Assembly (NCBI GenBank): GCA_964247055.1 | Contig: OZ176057.1 | Coordinates: forward strand, 2,790,001-2,854,000 | Direction: 5' to 3' | Length of the DNA: 64,000 nucleotides | Source: Paragordius varius | Taxonomy: Eukaryota > Animalia > Nematomorpha | In this document: piece by piece, positions 13,167 to 27,189 of the stretch | How positions within the stretch are numbered: position 1 is the stretch's first letter | Layout of the letters: each line of letters opens with the position of its first letter | Notes under the pieces: model-generated | What the model saw: only the letters and a program-made list of their open reading frames with translations | Database searches by the model: none | Told to the model about the DNA's origin: nothing | Made by a program: the position numbers and the translations under genes

Positions 13167-13333
13167 TTACATCAATACTAACTGACTTTAACAGAGCGTT
13201 GTAAAATAAAAATTTATACCTTAATTACATTAATACTGACATTAACAAAGCGTTGTAAAATAAAAATTTATACCCTAGTTACATCAATACTAACTGACAT
13301 TAACAGAGCGTTGTAAAATATAATTTATACCTT
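13167..13333. repeat. Tandem repeat, ~54-58 bp x3
   Basis: TTACATCAATACTAACTGAC...AGAGCGTTGTAAAATAAAAATTTATACC starting at 13167, 13225 and 13279. Confidence 0.9.
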
Positions 13334-13977
13334 ATCCAGCAGTGGGAATTAACCTTAAAATACTACCGACTTCGCAATAGTATCATTCAATCTGGAGCAA
13401 AGTATCCGGTTCAAATAAAAGTTGAATATTGGTAATCAGCCCTCAAATATCAGCGGTTCCGATGTCATCGTCATATAGCATAGAATTTTGCGTTTGTTTC
13501 CAACGGGATAGGATTAGTAACTCTGGTGCGTTTCCTCGTTGTCAAGAGCTTAAAAGTGATCGAGGTTTTCGGGGTATAAACGTAATCGCGTTCATCAGCG
13601 CAGCTTCAAGAGCTTAGTTGGCCACAGTTATAGAAGTTTTTTCGGTAAGTTTTAAAGATCGAGGTCATTAAGGATTTACAGTCATTGTTCGATTCAAGCC
13701 TGGAGAGGATGTTGCGTCAGCCGGTGCCATACATCAAAAAGTCCTATAGGAAAATGTTGAATACTAACTACGCTCCACTCAAAGTTGTTGTCCATTATTT
13801 ATTCTCTTTTTTTTTAGTATATGGTTATAAATTTAATTAATTGTTTGTTGACATGGTTTAAACCACTCTCAATGACAAATGGTTTTAATTTATCATTTAA
13901 GAGAAAAGAAACAACAATAAACGTTTTTGAAAATTGTATATAAAGCACCATTTTATCCATACTAATTTTTATATATT

Positions 13978-14025
13978 TTTTTACGCTGAGGACGGACACA
14001 CGTTAAAACCGAAACCGTTCGCGAA
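13978..14025 (+). ncRNA. Hammerhead-like motif in the 5' Penelope repeat with a shortened stem II
   Basis: Same core, but TGT is missing (AAAACCGAAA vs AAAATGTCCGAAA). Confidence 0.4.
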
Positions 14026-14639
14026 TTTTATTTATTCTATGATACGTTTTAAATAAATTTCCATATTTTTATACTATTCACGTGTTGAAAATAATTTATA
14101 TTCTTCAATTTATATACCAATATGGTTTATGATCTTCAATTCAAATCTCTTCGTAATGAATTTATTAAATTACGAACAAAAAGATCTCATCTTTTAAATG
14201 ATTTAATTTTTTAAAAAAGATGTTACCACGCTAAATTAATTCCGAATTTTTTAAAAATAAAACACAAATTTCATTATCATTGGTACATACAAAAAATTCG
14301 AGCATGCGAATCAGTGATATTACGTAAATACATTCAAGAAAAATATTATATTCTGAATAAGACTTCTAGTGAGTTACTCAAATTACACATATTATTATCA
14401 AATAATCTTTCAGGCGAATCTTGGATTAAACTACACACGTTTTCGTTTTTTAAAAGTGAAAACATTTTTACAAATATAAAGCTATACATATTAAAAAATT
14501 TAACAACCTTTTTGAAAAAGAAAGAAACAATAAAGTTAGAAATGAAGAGAGATTAATAGCTAATGTTAAAAAACGGTTAGATACTCTAAATGTTAACAAA
14601 ATTAAAAACAACCAAAAGTCGTATAATAATGACATAAAA

Positions 14640-16690
14640 TTGGAACCTACTCATTTAGATAAAAAAGAAACAGACGTATTGATGTCTAAAACACTTCACG
14701 AACAGTTTAAACACCTTTCTATAGATGACCAACCTACCTGCTCAAAATACTACATTGAAGGAAATAACAATAAGGAGAAAAACCCCATCAATAAAAATAA
14801 TTTACATGAATCAATAAAAACAAATCAAGTGACAAACACAGTTAATAATAACAACGAAAACCTGATCGTAAACATGTCAAACATGGTGCTTAATGACCAT
14901 ATGATCTCAATTTTAAATAAAGGCCTAAAATTTGCTATTTCTCCCTCAGTTGTGCCAGTAGAACAAATTATTTCAAACGTTGAAGCAGGTCTCTCTCGTA
15001 TAGATCCAAAAATAGCTGACATCATCAGAATGCAAGTCGTATCTATCCTTAAGAACAACAAAGATGAAAGAAGGCGATCAAACATATCACGTGAACAATA
15101 TATAGCATTAAAAGAGTTGAAAAATAATAATGATATTTTTATTTCAAACTCTGACAAAGGAAACCAAGTAGTTATAATGAACTTGTTAGACTATAATCAA
15201 AAAATACAACATATTTTAGAAGATACATCCAAATATAAAAAGATCACACGATGCCCTTTTAACACATTACATATAAATGTTAAAAAAATGATAAAATCAT
15301 CTCCCATTCCCTCACATTTACACAATTCGTTAATTCCTCAATGCCCTATTAATCCCAGTATGTATGGTGTCCCAAAAACGCATAAAAAGGATGTTCCACT
15401 GCTTCCAATTGTATCCACCAAAAATTCATCTTTATATGGTTTGGCACAGCATTTATCAGAATATTTGCAACCCTTCTTAAAAAACAAATTAAAAAATTCG
15501 TTTGAATTTATTGATAAAATAAGGGATATACAAGTAGCTGAAACCGATTTATTAATAAGTTTAGATGTGGAAAGCCTCTTTACCAGTGTACCCCTCAAGG
15601 AGTTAACCCATCTTCTTAAACATCTAAAGGTGGATGCGAAATATATTTCCTTTGTATAAATAATAATTTTTTTGAATTCAATGATAATTTTTACTTGCAG
15701 AAAGACGGGTTACCGATGGGTTTCCCAATTTCCCCCATTCTAGCTGATCTTTTTATGGAAACATTTGAAAATCAATTTATATTAAATTATTTTTTAAAAC
15801 CAAAATTTTATACCCGGTATGTGGACGATATGTTTATCATTTGGCCACATACAAGAACTGATCTCTCCTTATTTTTAGATTATATAAATTCGAATCCTTT
15901 TAACATACGGTTAACCGTCGAATTTGAGGCTAACCGATCACTACCATTTTTAGATGTTTTAATTACTCGAAATGACACAACATTGTCATACAGTTTTTAT
16001 CAAAAACCCACTCATTCCAATACCTATTTACATAAAAGTTCTTACCACAACTCGTTACAAAAAAAGAATGTTTTGAAAAATCAAATCTTTCGCCGGCTTA
16101 AACTGACAGATAATGCAAATAAAAATATTATAACAGAGCGCTTTGTGGAAACCTTTTTAAAAAATGGATATTCTGCAAACGATATCCATCGAGCAATTTT
16201 ATCACTAAATAATACCAAAGAAAACACAAAAAATTATAAGTTTTTTATTTCATTACCATATATACAGAACATCACCGATCGCATAGCTCACACTTTAAAG
16301 CAATTTGACATTGGTGTGGGGTTTAAACCAGGTCTTAAATTAAAAACTTTTTTATCAAATAATAATAAATCCAAATTAAATTATCCAGGGGTGTATAAAG
16401 TTCCATGCGAGTGTGGCAAGGTATATATCGGCCAAACCGCAAGGAAAGTTAAAACACGCCTGAATGAACACAAGTATAACATAAAGAATGGAGATTTTAA
16501 GAGTTGTATTGCGGAACATTGTTGGAAGGAAAATCATAATGTTTCTTTTGACAATGTCAGTTGCATTACAATTTTCAATAATAATCAAAGGCTTACGCGG
16601 GAATCATTAGAGATTCTCAAAGGAAACAACTTTAACCGAGAGGAGGGACAAAAGATGAGTGATATATGGAAAGTCATTCTTGATGATTGA
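14640..16690 (+). pseudogene. Penelope RT/GIY-YIG polyprotein, broken into 14640-15659 and 15695-16690
   Basis: Motifs as above, with a break between the two ORFs. N-terminal remnants with stops at ~14120-14640. Confidence 0.85.
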
Positions 16691-16915
16691 TTCCATATGG
16701 ACTCTTTTGTTTTCCACTCAAAGTTGTTGTCCATTATTTATTCTCTTTTTTTTAGTATATGGTTATAAATTTAATTAATTGTTTGTTGACATGGTTTAAA
16801 CCACTCTTAATGACAAATGGTTTTAATTTATCATTTAAGAGAAAAGAAACAACAATAAACGTTTTTAAAAATTGTATATAAAGCACCATTTTATCCATAC
16901 TAATTTTTATATATT

Positions 16916-16966
16916 TTTTTACGCTGAGGACGGACACACGTTAAAATGTCCGAAACCGTTCGCGAA
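16916..16966 (+). ncRNA. Minimal hammerhead-ribozyme-like motif in the 3' Penelope repeat
   Basis: CTGAGGA (16924-16930), stem II GGACA/TGTCC, then GAAAC. Imperfect stem I and very short stem III. Minimal hammerheads in PLE terminal repeats are established knowledge. Confidence 0.6.
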
Positions 16967-17938
16967 TTTTATTTATTCTATGATACGTTTTAAATAAATT
17001 TCCATATTTTTATGGTAAAATGTAGCTTGACTTTTTTAAGTTAACTATTTACATTTTCTAACCATAATATTCATATATTTTGCAAAGATTTATAAATAAT
17101 TATCGAAAAATGGCGGGGAAAAAAGATTAACATGAGAATTTTTTTACAATTTTACATAAAAAATTTATGCGCTTAAAAGAATGAAGAAAGTATATTTTGA
17201 AATACAGAATAGGACATTTTATTTCTTCTAAAATGGGCTTGTTCTTTTCAAATGAAGATATGGAGGAATTTTCAATAAAAGTATATAGGAATTTTGACAT
17301 GAAATATTTTTTAAACTATGCCTAATTTTTATAAAATTTTTATTAATGCGTACTTTAAACTACGTTTAAGAAACATGAAAACGATATAACGCTTTTAGAT
17401 ATTATAAAAACACTTTTGCTGTATATTTTGATGTAGATGAAAATAAGTATCCCTTTAGAATTTAAATTTATATATTTTCGAATTTCGGTGAATTTTATAA
17501 AAAATTTTTATATTTGATATATAATTAAGGAAGACAATTATTTATAAAAATTTTGAGGTGATAGAAATGTTTAGGACAATATAATATAAATAGGTGTTTT
17601 TATGTTATATAAAAAGGTTATACCGTGTCCAACATGCCAAAAATAGTAAACATCAACTATTGCTAAAAATTTAATTTCTAAATAAATATGAATTTCTTAA
17701 AAATATTTATGTCAAAAAATAGATATAATATTTTATGGCTTAATCCTGGCATTTTTGCGTTTATTTTAAAAAATCTAGCCAATTTAAGTAGAGCGAAAGT
17801 TTTTTGGGACTTTCAACGCCCACTAAAAATTAATTTTTTTGAAAAATATAGTTTTTTATAGGTAGTACGATACATATCTTCTGCCCCAGAAATGTAAATA
17901 ACTTTCTTTCATAACCTACAATGGCAATAATATCGTTA

Positions 17939-17953
17939 TGAAAATTCTAGATT
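17939..17953 (+). promoter_or_regulatory. Possible heat-shock element upstream of polyubiquitin
   Basis: tGAAaaTTCtaGAtt is three nGAAn pentamers with one mismatch, ~260 bp upstream of the ATG. Chance occurrence in AT-rich DNA cannot be excluded. Confidence 0.25.
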
Positions 17954-18198
17954 CTTATATCAGTATATATATTACGCAGGCTGCTGCGGACCCATATTTG
18001 AATGGATTTATGATAATTTAAATGAGCTAAATTAGATGCAAATATAATGTATTAATTTAACCGACACATATAAAGGAAATTAGTAAACGAACTTAAATAA
18101 TTGTTTATATTATTGTGTTTACTCAAGGACAAATCATACTTTCATTTATCCACCATTTTCTTTGTTACGTCATTCTTTTGTTAGTAATACTTTTTTAA

Positions 18199-20187
<1,989 letters not shown>

Positions 20188-21246
20188 ATTTTTTCACATT
20201 TACTCACTTATTTTCACACTTTTTATTACAACTGTTTAATTTTTAACTGTATGCTATGATTTAACATCTAATTTTTTTTTATTTCAATGTTCTATCCCAT
20301 TTAATCCCAAACTCTTCTTGTCTTGTGTTTCCTTGAGCTGTCATTTAATTTCAAAATCTTGCCTGTTTATTTAACAAATAATATTTTGTCATATATACGC
20401 AAACAGAATAAATAATGTTATTTTACCTTTGTTTGAGATGTAATGAAAATTTTTGAATATATAAATAAAAAAATGCTTTCCTTGTTTTAACGCTATTAAT
20501 TTTGATTTGAAATGGGCATTCAATGAATATAATACGTTTTTATTTTTAAGCGATATGAGAATTTGGTCAAAATTTTAATCGTTCATATAAATATTAAATC
20601 TATAAATTTGTTTGGGCTCATAATTACATAGAGAAAAGCATAAATATATAAATTATATCAAATGTGAATTGTTTACATTACTTGGTGGGGTACACGCTGC
20701 CGGCGGACAATTAGGAAATCCATAATTTGCAAAAATATGCCCACAAATTTTTGATATGATATTTCTTATGCAATTTTTCTGAATGAGTCTATTCGTTTGG
20801 CAACGAAGTAGAAAATAGAAAAAAATTGTTATATTGTGTTTACATTTTACAGTCTCGTGTTTAAAATGGAATAAAATATTTAGGAGTGCCTATATATATT
20901 TCGAATGCGGTCCGCCGTGCTTTTTGAGTTAAAAATGTGGCCCTCGAAGCCATTTGTGTTGGACATCCAATTATACATTACTTCTTAGCATAAAATTTAC
21001 AAACATATTTAACTGTTTAATAGGCGAAACAAAACGGATAAAATAATAGAGGTTTGTGTGCAAAATTTTTATTTGTTGGCTACCTAGTTTCGAAAAATTT
21101 AAAGAAAATAAAAATTGGACAAAAGTGAAAACTTAGTGTAATTAACGATAAAAAAATAATGATAAAATTTGAGATATTGTGGTTTATTATCATTTCAAAA
21201 GATATTTACACTTTATAAATAGCCTAAAATCATATAGTTAGAATAA

Positions 21247-24200
21247 TAATAATAATAATTACATTATATGATATCACTCTTTCGAGCGGTCATATTCGTA
21301 AACTATTTCGCCATAGAACCCTGTCTAAGGCGTCTTCGCGTTTTAGGTTCAGTTTTACCATGTCCCTCTTAACTGTATCTATCCATCGCGTTTTAGGGCA
21401 CCCTTTTCCCCTCTTGCCTTTTACAATATAATCATCAATCATTTTACCAATGTAATTTTTATCTCTTCTTTCAACATGTCCAAACCATCTTAAACGATTT
21501 ACCATCATCTTTTGCGTTACCGATTTGATTTCCGTACTTCCTCTTATGTAGACATTCTTCACCTTGTCATTCCTCGTTACACCGCACATCAATCTAAGCA
21601 TTCTCATTTCAGTAACCTCAAAGTGTCTCTCTTCTGATTTCTTTATTGCCCATGTCTGTGAGTTGTACATCATTGTTGGTTGTACAACAGCACTGTAAAT
21701 CTTACCCTTTACTTTTAGGTCAATATTTTTGTCGCACAAAACACTTGAGATCTTTTTATAATTTGCCCAACTATTTCGAATTCTTAAATTAATATCAAGT
21801 GTTAAAGAACCATCAGCTGCTAATATCGCTCCTAAATATTTGCATTCTTCCTGACCTTTTAATACCCACCCTTCTTCTAATTCTATTTCTCGTTTTTTCC
21901 CGCCAAAATTTATCAGTTCCGTTTTCTTTTTGTTAACTTTTAATCCGCATCGTCGTAACACATCAATCCATTTACCCACCGATTCTTTTAATTCATGCAA
22001 CTCGTCTGACAGCACTATTAGGTCGTCTGCATAAAGAAAATACCAGCCATCGTGTTGTCCTACTTCTTTTGTAATTTCGTCCATGCATATTATAAATAAT
22101 AACGGGCTGATTGCAGACCCCTGATAGACCCCTTCGTTTATTTTAATAGGACCTGATATTCTCTGGTGTGTTTTAATTTTCGTTTGGTGTGATTCATACA
22201 TGCTTTTTAAAATCTTTATGTAACTTTCAGGGACCTTTTTTCGTCTTAAGCTCCACCATATTGTGCTCCGAGGTATTCTGTCAAATGCCTTTTCAATATC
22301 AATACAAATACCATGCAACTCCTTTTTCATTTCTAAATGCTTCTCGATTAGCCTTCTTACTGCGTGAATTGGATCAATGGTGGATTTTCCTGGAATAAAA
22401 CCAAATTGATTACCCTCTATACTAACCATTTTTCTTATTCTTTTCTCTAGTACTTTCTCAAATAACTTCATTGTATGCGACATCAATCTTATCCCTCTGT
22501 AATTATTACAATCATTAATATCTCCTTTACCCTTGAAAATGGGAACAGTGAAACTCTCCTTCCATTCGGTTGGTATCATACCTGTAGTAACTACATTATT
22601 AAAAATATCCGCTAAAAATTCAATACCTTTCTCTGACAATATTTTCCAACAGTTTATGTTAATATCGTCTGGACCTGCAGCCTTATTTATTGACATCTCT
22701 TCTAAACCAGCCTGGACTTCTTCTTTTGTTATACTTTCAATATGCGCAGATTTATAATCTGGTGTTTCGGGTAAACTTGTTTCACTGACGCCCAATTCAA
22801 GATCCTGGAAATATTCTTTCCACCTTTTCAATATTTTCGCTTCCTCAACGAGTAATTTGCCTTTTTTATCTTTAATAGCTGTCGCGTAAGGAGGCAAGTC
22901 CAGCTTTCTTCTGTGTCTTTGTCTAGCAATTTTAAAAACTTTGTTTAGACCTTGCTTACTGTTCAACTCTTCATATAATGATGCCGTCTTTTCTTTTTTG
23001 ACCAATCTTACAAGCCTTTTAAGTTCCTTATTAATCCTTTTATATTTTTCCTTGTCTTCTGCTTGGTGGGTGAACCTCCACGTTTTAAAAGCTTTTCTTT
23101 TCTCTCGCGATTTTAGAATTATTTTTTCGTCTTTCAGCCATGCCTCTCTATAAACCTGGTTTCTGCCACCTTTCATTCCGCATACCTTAACTCCCGCCTC
23201 TCTTATTTTTTTTGCCACCAGAGACCAAACACTTTCTGGGTCACTGTTCCTCTCTAGTATGCCTACCGTTTCTACAAATCTTTCTTTACTGTTTCTTAGA
23301 GAATCCCATTTAATTACCTTCGGCGCTATAAGCTTAGGCTTTTTGGCATTTATTGGTATATCTGTCATATATTTACACATAATTAAATTGTGTTGTGTGC
23401 TAATCTGCAAGTTAGGTATCACTTTGCAGTCCAAAACAAACTTTAAAGACTTTCGTGGCACTAGAATATAATCAATTTGTGACTTCTTATTTCCACTTTC
23501 GTAGGTAATTAAGTGGCTCTCCCTTTTCGTAAAAAAAGTATTTGTTATAGCAAAGTTATAAGATTGGGCAAATCTTAATAAACTAGCCCCTTCTTCATTT
23601 ATAACCCCGTAACCTTTTCCGCCGTGCCAAGGCTCAAAACCTCTCCTATTTTGTCCCACGTGCCCGTTGAAATCACCACAAAATATAATTTCTCTGTCTT
23701 TCGTTAATGAAGTCATTTCTGCGTCTAACAAATCATAAAATTTATCTTTCTCTGGTTTAGTTAAACCTATCTGGGGGGCATAAACGCTAAAGATAGTAAA
23801 AACCCTCTTATTTAACAATACGTCGACACTTATGATTCTACTGTCAGCACGTCTAACCTCAATTACTTGATTGGCAAATCTTGGGCACACTATTATGGCA
23901 ACCCCACAGTAACCATCCGTAGAACCTGAATAAAACATTTTATAATTACCCTCTAACGTCTTAGTACCATTTCCACGGTATCTGGTCTCCTGAATGCACA
24001 AAAAATTTACTTTTTTTACCCTCATAGTTTCAACTAGATCATATAACTTACTTTTTAACGAACCAACATTTATACTGGCAAAACACATTCTACAACCTTC
24101 CTTATCCCTATTGGCCCCTACCTCCGTGCAGCGACTGGCCGGGTCTGGCCTGCACGCCTTACAAAAAACACTCATAAAAAACAAAAATACAATAAAGAAG

Positions 24201-24490
24201 AATAATGTAGATAATAAACACTAAGATATATAGTAACTAATATATAAAGCAACTAAAAAAGAATCAAAAGATTTTAACCAAAAATATAATAATAATAATA
24301 ATAATCTAAAAGAGAATCAAAAATTTTAACCAAAAATATAATAATAATAGTAATTAAAAAAGAGAAATACATAAATATATATCAATTAGTAAAAATGAAA
24401 TAAAAAAGAATACGAATCCTATTGAATTGGAATATTTTACTAAGGTAATTTTGTGCATTTTTTGAAAGAATCAGAAAAACTGATAAAAGA
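21247..24490 (-). mobile_element. RTE-clade non-LTR retrotransposon, apparently full length
   Basis: Single APE+RT ORF and a (TTA)n 3' tail at ~21242-21258. AT-rich 5' UTR. Candidate TSD TAGAATAA (21239-21246 / 24491-24498), uncertain. Confidence 0.85.
21290..24184 (-). CDS. RTE endonuclease/reverse transcriptase, intact 964 aa
   Basis: APE motifs (SINVGSL, LCIQET, YAPQ, GDFNGH, QIDYILV, STQHN), RT motifs (KAFD, QGSAISP, YADD) and an RTE-type C-terminus (RLRWFGHVER, RGKGCPKTRW). Confidence 0.95.
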   Translation of the reverse strand: MFFMSVFCKACRPDPASRCTEVGANRDKEGCRMCFASINVGSLKSKLYDLVETMRVKKVNFLCIQETRYRGNGTKTLEGNYKMFYSGSTDGYCGVAIIVCPRFANQVIEVRRADSRIISVDVLLNKRVFTIFSVYAPQIGLTKPEKDKFYDLLDAEMTSLTKDREIIFCGDFNGHVGQNRRGFEPWHGGKGYGVINEEGASLLRFAQSYNFAITNTFFTKRESHLITYESGNKKSQIDYILVPRKSLKFVLDCKVIPNLQISTQHNLIMCKYMTDIPINAKKPKLIAPKVIKWDSLRNSKERFVETVGILERNSDPESVWSLVAKKIREAGVKVCGMKGGRNQVYREAWLKDEKIILKSREKRKAFKTWRFTHQAEDKEKYKRINKELKRLVRLVKKEKTASLYEELNSKQGLNKVFKIARQRHRRKLDLPPYATAIKDKKGKLLVEEAKILKRWKEYFQDLELGVSETSLPETPDYKSAHIESITKEEVQAGLEEMSINKAAGPDDININCWKILSEKGIEFLADIFNNVVTTGMIPTEWKESFTVPIFKGKGDINDCNNYRGIRLMSHTMKLFEKVLEKRIRKMVSIEGNQFGFIPGKSTIDPIHAVRRLIEKHLEMKKELHGICIDIEKAFDRIPRSTIWWSLRRKKVPESYIKILKSMYESHQTKIKTHQRISGPIKINEGVYQGSAISPLLFIICMDEITKEVGQHDGWYFLYADDLIVLSDELHELKESVGKWIDVLRRCGLKVNKKKTELINFGGKKREIELEEGWVLKGQEECKYLGAILAADGSLTLDINLRIRNSWANYKKISSVLCDKNIDLKVKGKIYSAVVQPTMMYNSQTWAIKKSEERHFEVTEMRMLRLMCGVTRNDKVKNVYIRGSTEIKSVTQKMMVNRLRWFGHVERRDKNYIGKMIDDYIVKGKRGKGCPKTRWIDTVKRDMVKLNLKREDALDRVLWRNSLRI

Positions 24491-24981
24491 TAGAATAAAC
24501 TTGGGAATCAGATCAAAAAAATCGCGTTTTTCTATCAACATAAAAAGACAGAATAAAATTTATGAAACTATATTAAAATAAATTTTTCAATTATTTACCA
24601 GCTAAACTCACTATTAATATCCTAACATTAATATTTTATTTAGTAATAAAAATTAAAACTAAAAAAATAGTGTTTTTTATTTTTTTGTCATCTAGTTTAT
24701 GAGTGTATAAAAAATTTAATGTTTTATTTTTGAATATTACATGAACGGTAATTACAAATATATGTAACAAAATAGCATTCACAAGTAGTGGAATATCAAC
24801 TAAAAATCCGTAATCCCTGTAAAAATATCAATTTCTGTTATAACAAATCTGTTACAGGGATTTCATTACTTTCAAAATCTATTTTACATAAATTTATATA
24901 CATTATAAATCCCGGTCATGTCAGATTCAAAATAAAACAGTTAATTTTTTATACTCTAAACCATACAAAGCGCTGAAAAAA

Positions 24982-25256
24982 TACAGTAATTGAAATTATA
25001 AGGACAAAACGTAAAATAAAGACAAACATTTATCTAAAAGACAGCCAAACTTTTCTAAACCTTAATTTTTCCTATATAAGCTATTTAGTATTGTAAATTG
25101 TATAATTGTTATTAGTAATATATAGCTCTACTTCCACTTTGCTATTTTAAACAATGGGTTTTAAAACAAATCAAGATTTATAAAGTATGGTTGTTTTAGA
25201 AAAAAATATTTGTCCATATAATTTTACGTTTTGTCCGTATAATTTTAGTTGCTGTA
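24982..25256. mobile_element. Tc1/mariner-type MITE family A, copy 1
   Basis: TA-flanked TIRs ...GAAATTATAAGGACAAAACGTAAAA / TTTTACGTTTTGTCCGTATAATTT. Sister copies at 52358 and 59713. Confidence 0.65.
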
Positions 25257-25612
25257 ATAAACAATATTTTTTATTTTATTATAAGATACAATGAATGTTA
25301 TGGTTTGGTGAGTTTGGCTATTAAATAATTAAAAAAATATTTTAAGTTTCATAAAATATATTTTGTCTTTTTAGCACGTTAGAAAAACGCGAATTTTAGA
25401 TCTGAATATTTATAAAAACCTTAACTATATGATTTTAGGCTATTTATAAAGTGTAAATATCTGTTAAAATGATCATAAACCATATATCTCAATATCATTA
25501 TTTTTTAATTATCCTTACTTTTGACTTTTTGCCCATTTTTGATTTTATCTCAGTATTGTAAAAAATTAAGTCATCAGCATACAAAAATTTTTTGCGGCAA
25601 ATTTGTCATAAG

Positions 25613-26320
25613 TAGGGTTGTGCATTTTACTGCTTTTTCAAAAAAGTCCGGTCAGACCCAGTCAGACCATGGACATGACCACGGTCATCACCACTTTATA
25701 CCTAAATAAATACCATGTGATATTGGATTGTGAAAATAATGTTCAAACGACACTTGCGTTTCATCAATATTGTCATGTTTTTTCTTAAAAGTTTGTATTA
25801 TACATTTTTTTGATATTTTTTATTTACAAATATTTCCAATCAAATTTAATCAAGAAAATTTTGTTTTCAAATAAATTTTGCCACATGTTTATGGCCTTCT
25901 GAATCTTCATACATAGCTTATAATAGTGGATATTTCAAATAAAATACCTTGTCTGTTTTACATTTCTTTCATCATTGTATCCAATTATAAAATGTTTTTT
26001 TTTTCATTTTATTGGTTCATATATATGGAATAATTGCATTTGCAAAGTGCTTGATTGTTTTGTTTTTTGAAATTATTGGGAATGCTCAAATGCTAATGTT
26101 ATAAGGATGCATGTATAACAATTTTATATTGTTAAATAAGCATTAAATATTTAATTTATATTTTTTAAAAAAAATATATTACAAAACAATAAAATTTTAC
26201 TACCTCTCTTACAAAAAAATAATTAAAAACAGCTGTTTTTTTAAGTGGTCAAAAAAATAGTCACTGACCTGGTCATGACCCGGCAATCGACCGCTTCATG
26301 ACTTGGTCAGCACAACCTTA
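25613..26320. mobile_element. hAT MITE family B, copy 1
   Basis: TIR TAGGGTTGTGC / GCACAACCTTA. Perfect 8-bp TSD GTCATAAG (25605-25612, 26321-26328). GGTCATGACC subterminal repeats. Confidence 0.92.
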
Positions 26321-27189
26321 GTCATAAGTCATGAAAAATTTTTTTGTTAAAAAAAATTAACCCTCTTTTTTTATCACAGTGCTACACGTTATTTTGTCAA
26401 ATACTAGTTATTATATTTCAAAAATGTTTATTATTTATTTTAATGCTATGATTATGAAATCAATAAGATTACAACAGGTAATTAAAAATATATAAGGTTT
26501 CTAGGTCATTAATTACAAATTTTTGTTAAAAAAAATAATAAATTATATTGTTGAATTAAAAACATTACATCGCAAAAAGTGGTTTTTGAATGTGAAAAAT
26601 ATTAATTTTAAATGAGTAGATCCGATAATAAAAAAATTATTATGATAAAAAATATGCAAAATTTATGGTAGAATCCAAATTTATGTTTAATGACCAACTT
26701 GAAGTCAGGGATAAAATTAGGACCAACTTAAAGTGTTTAAGGACAGTCTTGAAGTGCAAATGCTATGTCACCACATTTTTTTTCGTTTGGAGGGGGGGGG
26801 GGGGGGAGGGGTAATTTATTATTGTTTATAAAGTTTGACTTTCAACAAACACATTTATTTTTGAACATGTTGAATCCATGGTCAGTCAAGTACCCTAAAA
26901 CATATCTCTTGATAATATTATATTTTCTGATACTAAATATCATTTAAAGAAATGAACACTTTTATGATTATACTAGCGTGAATCTCGCGCTGCTACGCAG
27001 CCCGAGGAAGTCCTTCGGACTTCTTGGTGGGGTTGGCAAATTATTATGCCTTCATACGCGATCTGCACCTCTAATTAATTTATTAAAAATAACCGTAAAA
27101 ACGAGTGAGTTTAAGAATACAAAGGCGCCGAGCACACCAAATTTAAACCATGTTAACAAAATGGCAATGATTTTAGTATAAAAAACATA

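Larger units (their letters stand above)
13774..17013 (+). mobile_element. Penelope-like retroelement (RT + GIY-YIG) with direct terminal repeats
   Basis: ~300-bp near-identical direct repeats at 13774-14072 and 16713-17013 flank a frameshifted RT (SLDVESLFTSVP, GLPMG, RYVDD) and a GIY-YIG endonuclease (GVYKVPCECGKVYIGQT). Confidence 0.92.
21055..26381. mobile_element. Palindromic foldback element (CACTGTG family), left end truncated, carrying nested RTE, Tc1-type MITE and hAT MITE
   Basis: ~21055-21238 is the reverse complement of ~25410-25600. Right terminus CACAGTG at 26375-26381. Sequence matches the uninterrupted copy at 40190-41424. Confidence 0.75.

Noticed and set aside
13560-13610. 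CTGATGA...GAAA on the minus strand as another hammerhead
   Set aside because: No stem II closes adjacent to GAAA and no stems I or III could be built.
26790-26812. Long G run (possible G-quadruplex)
   Set aside because: An isolated homopolymer whose length is unreliable and which has no supporting context.
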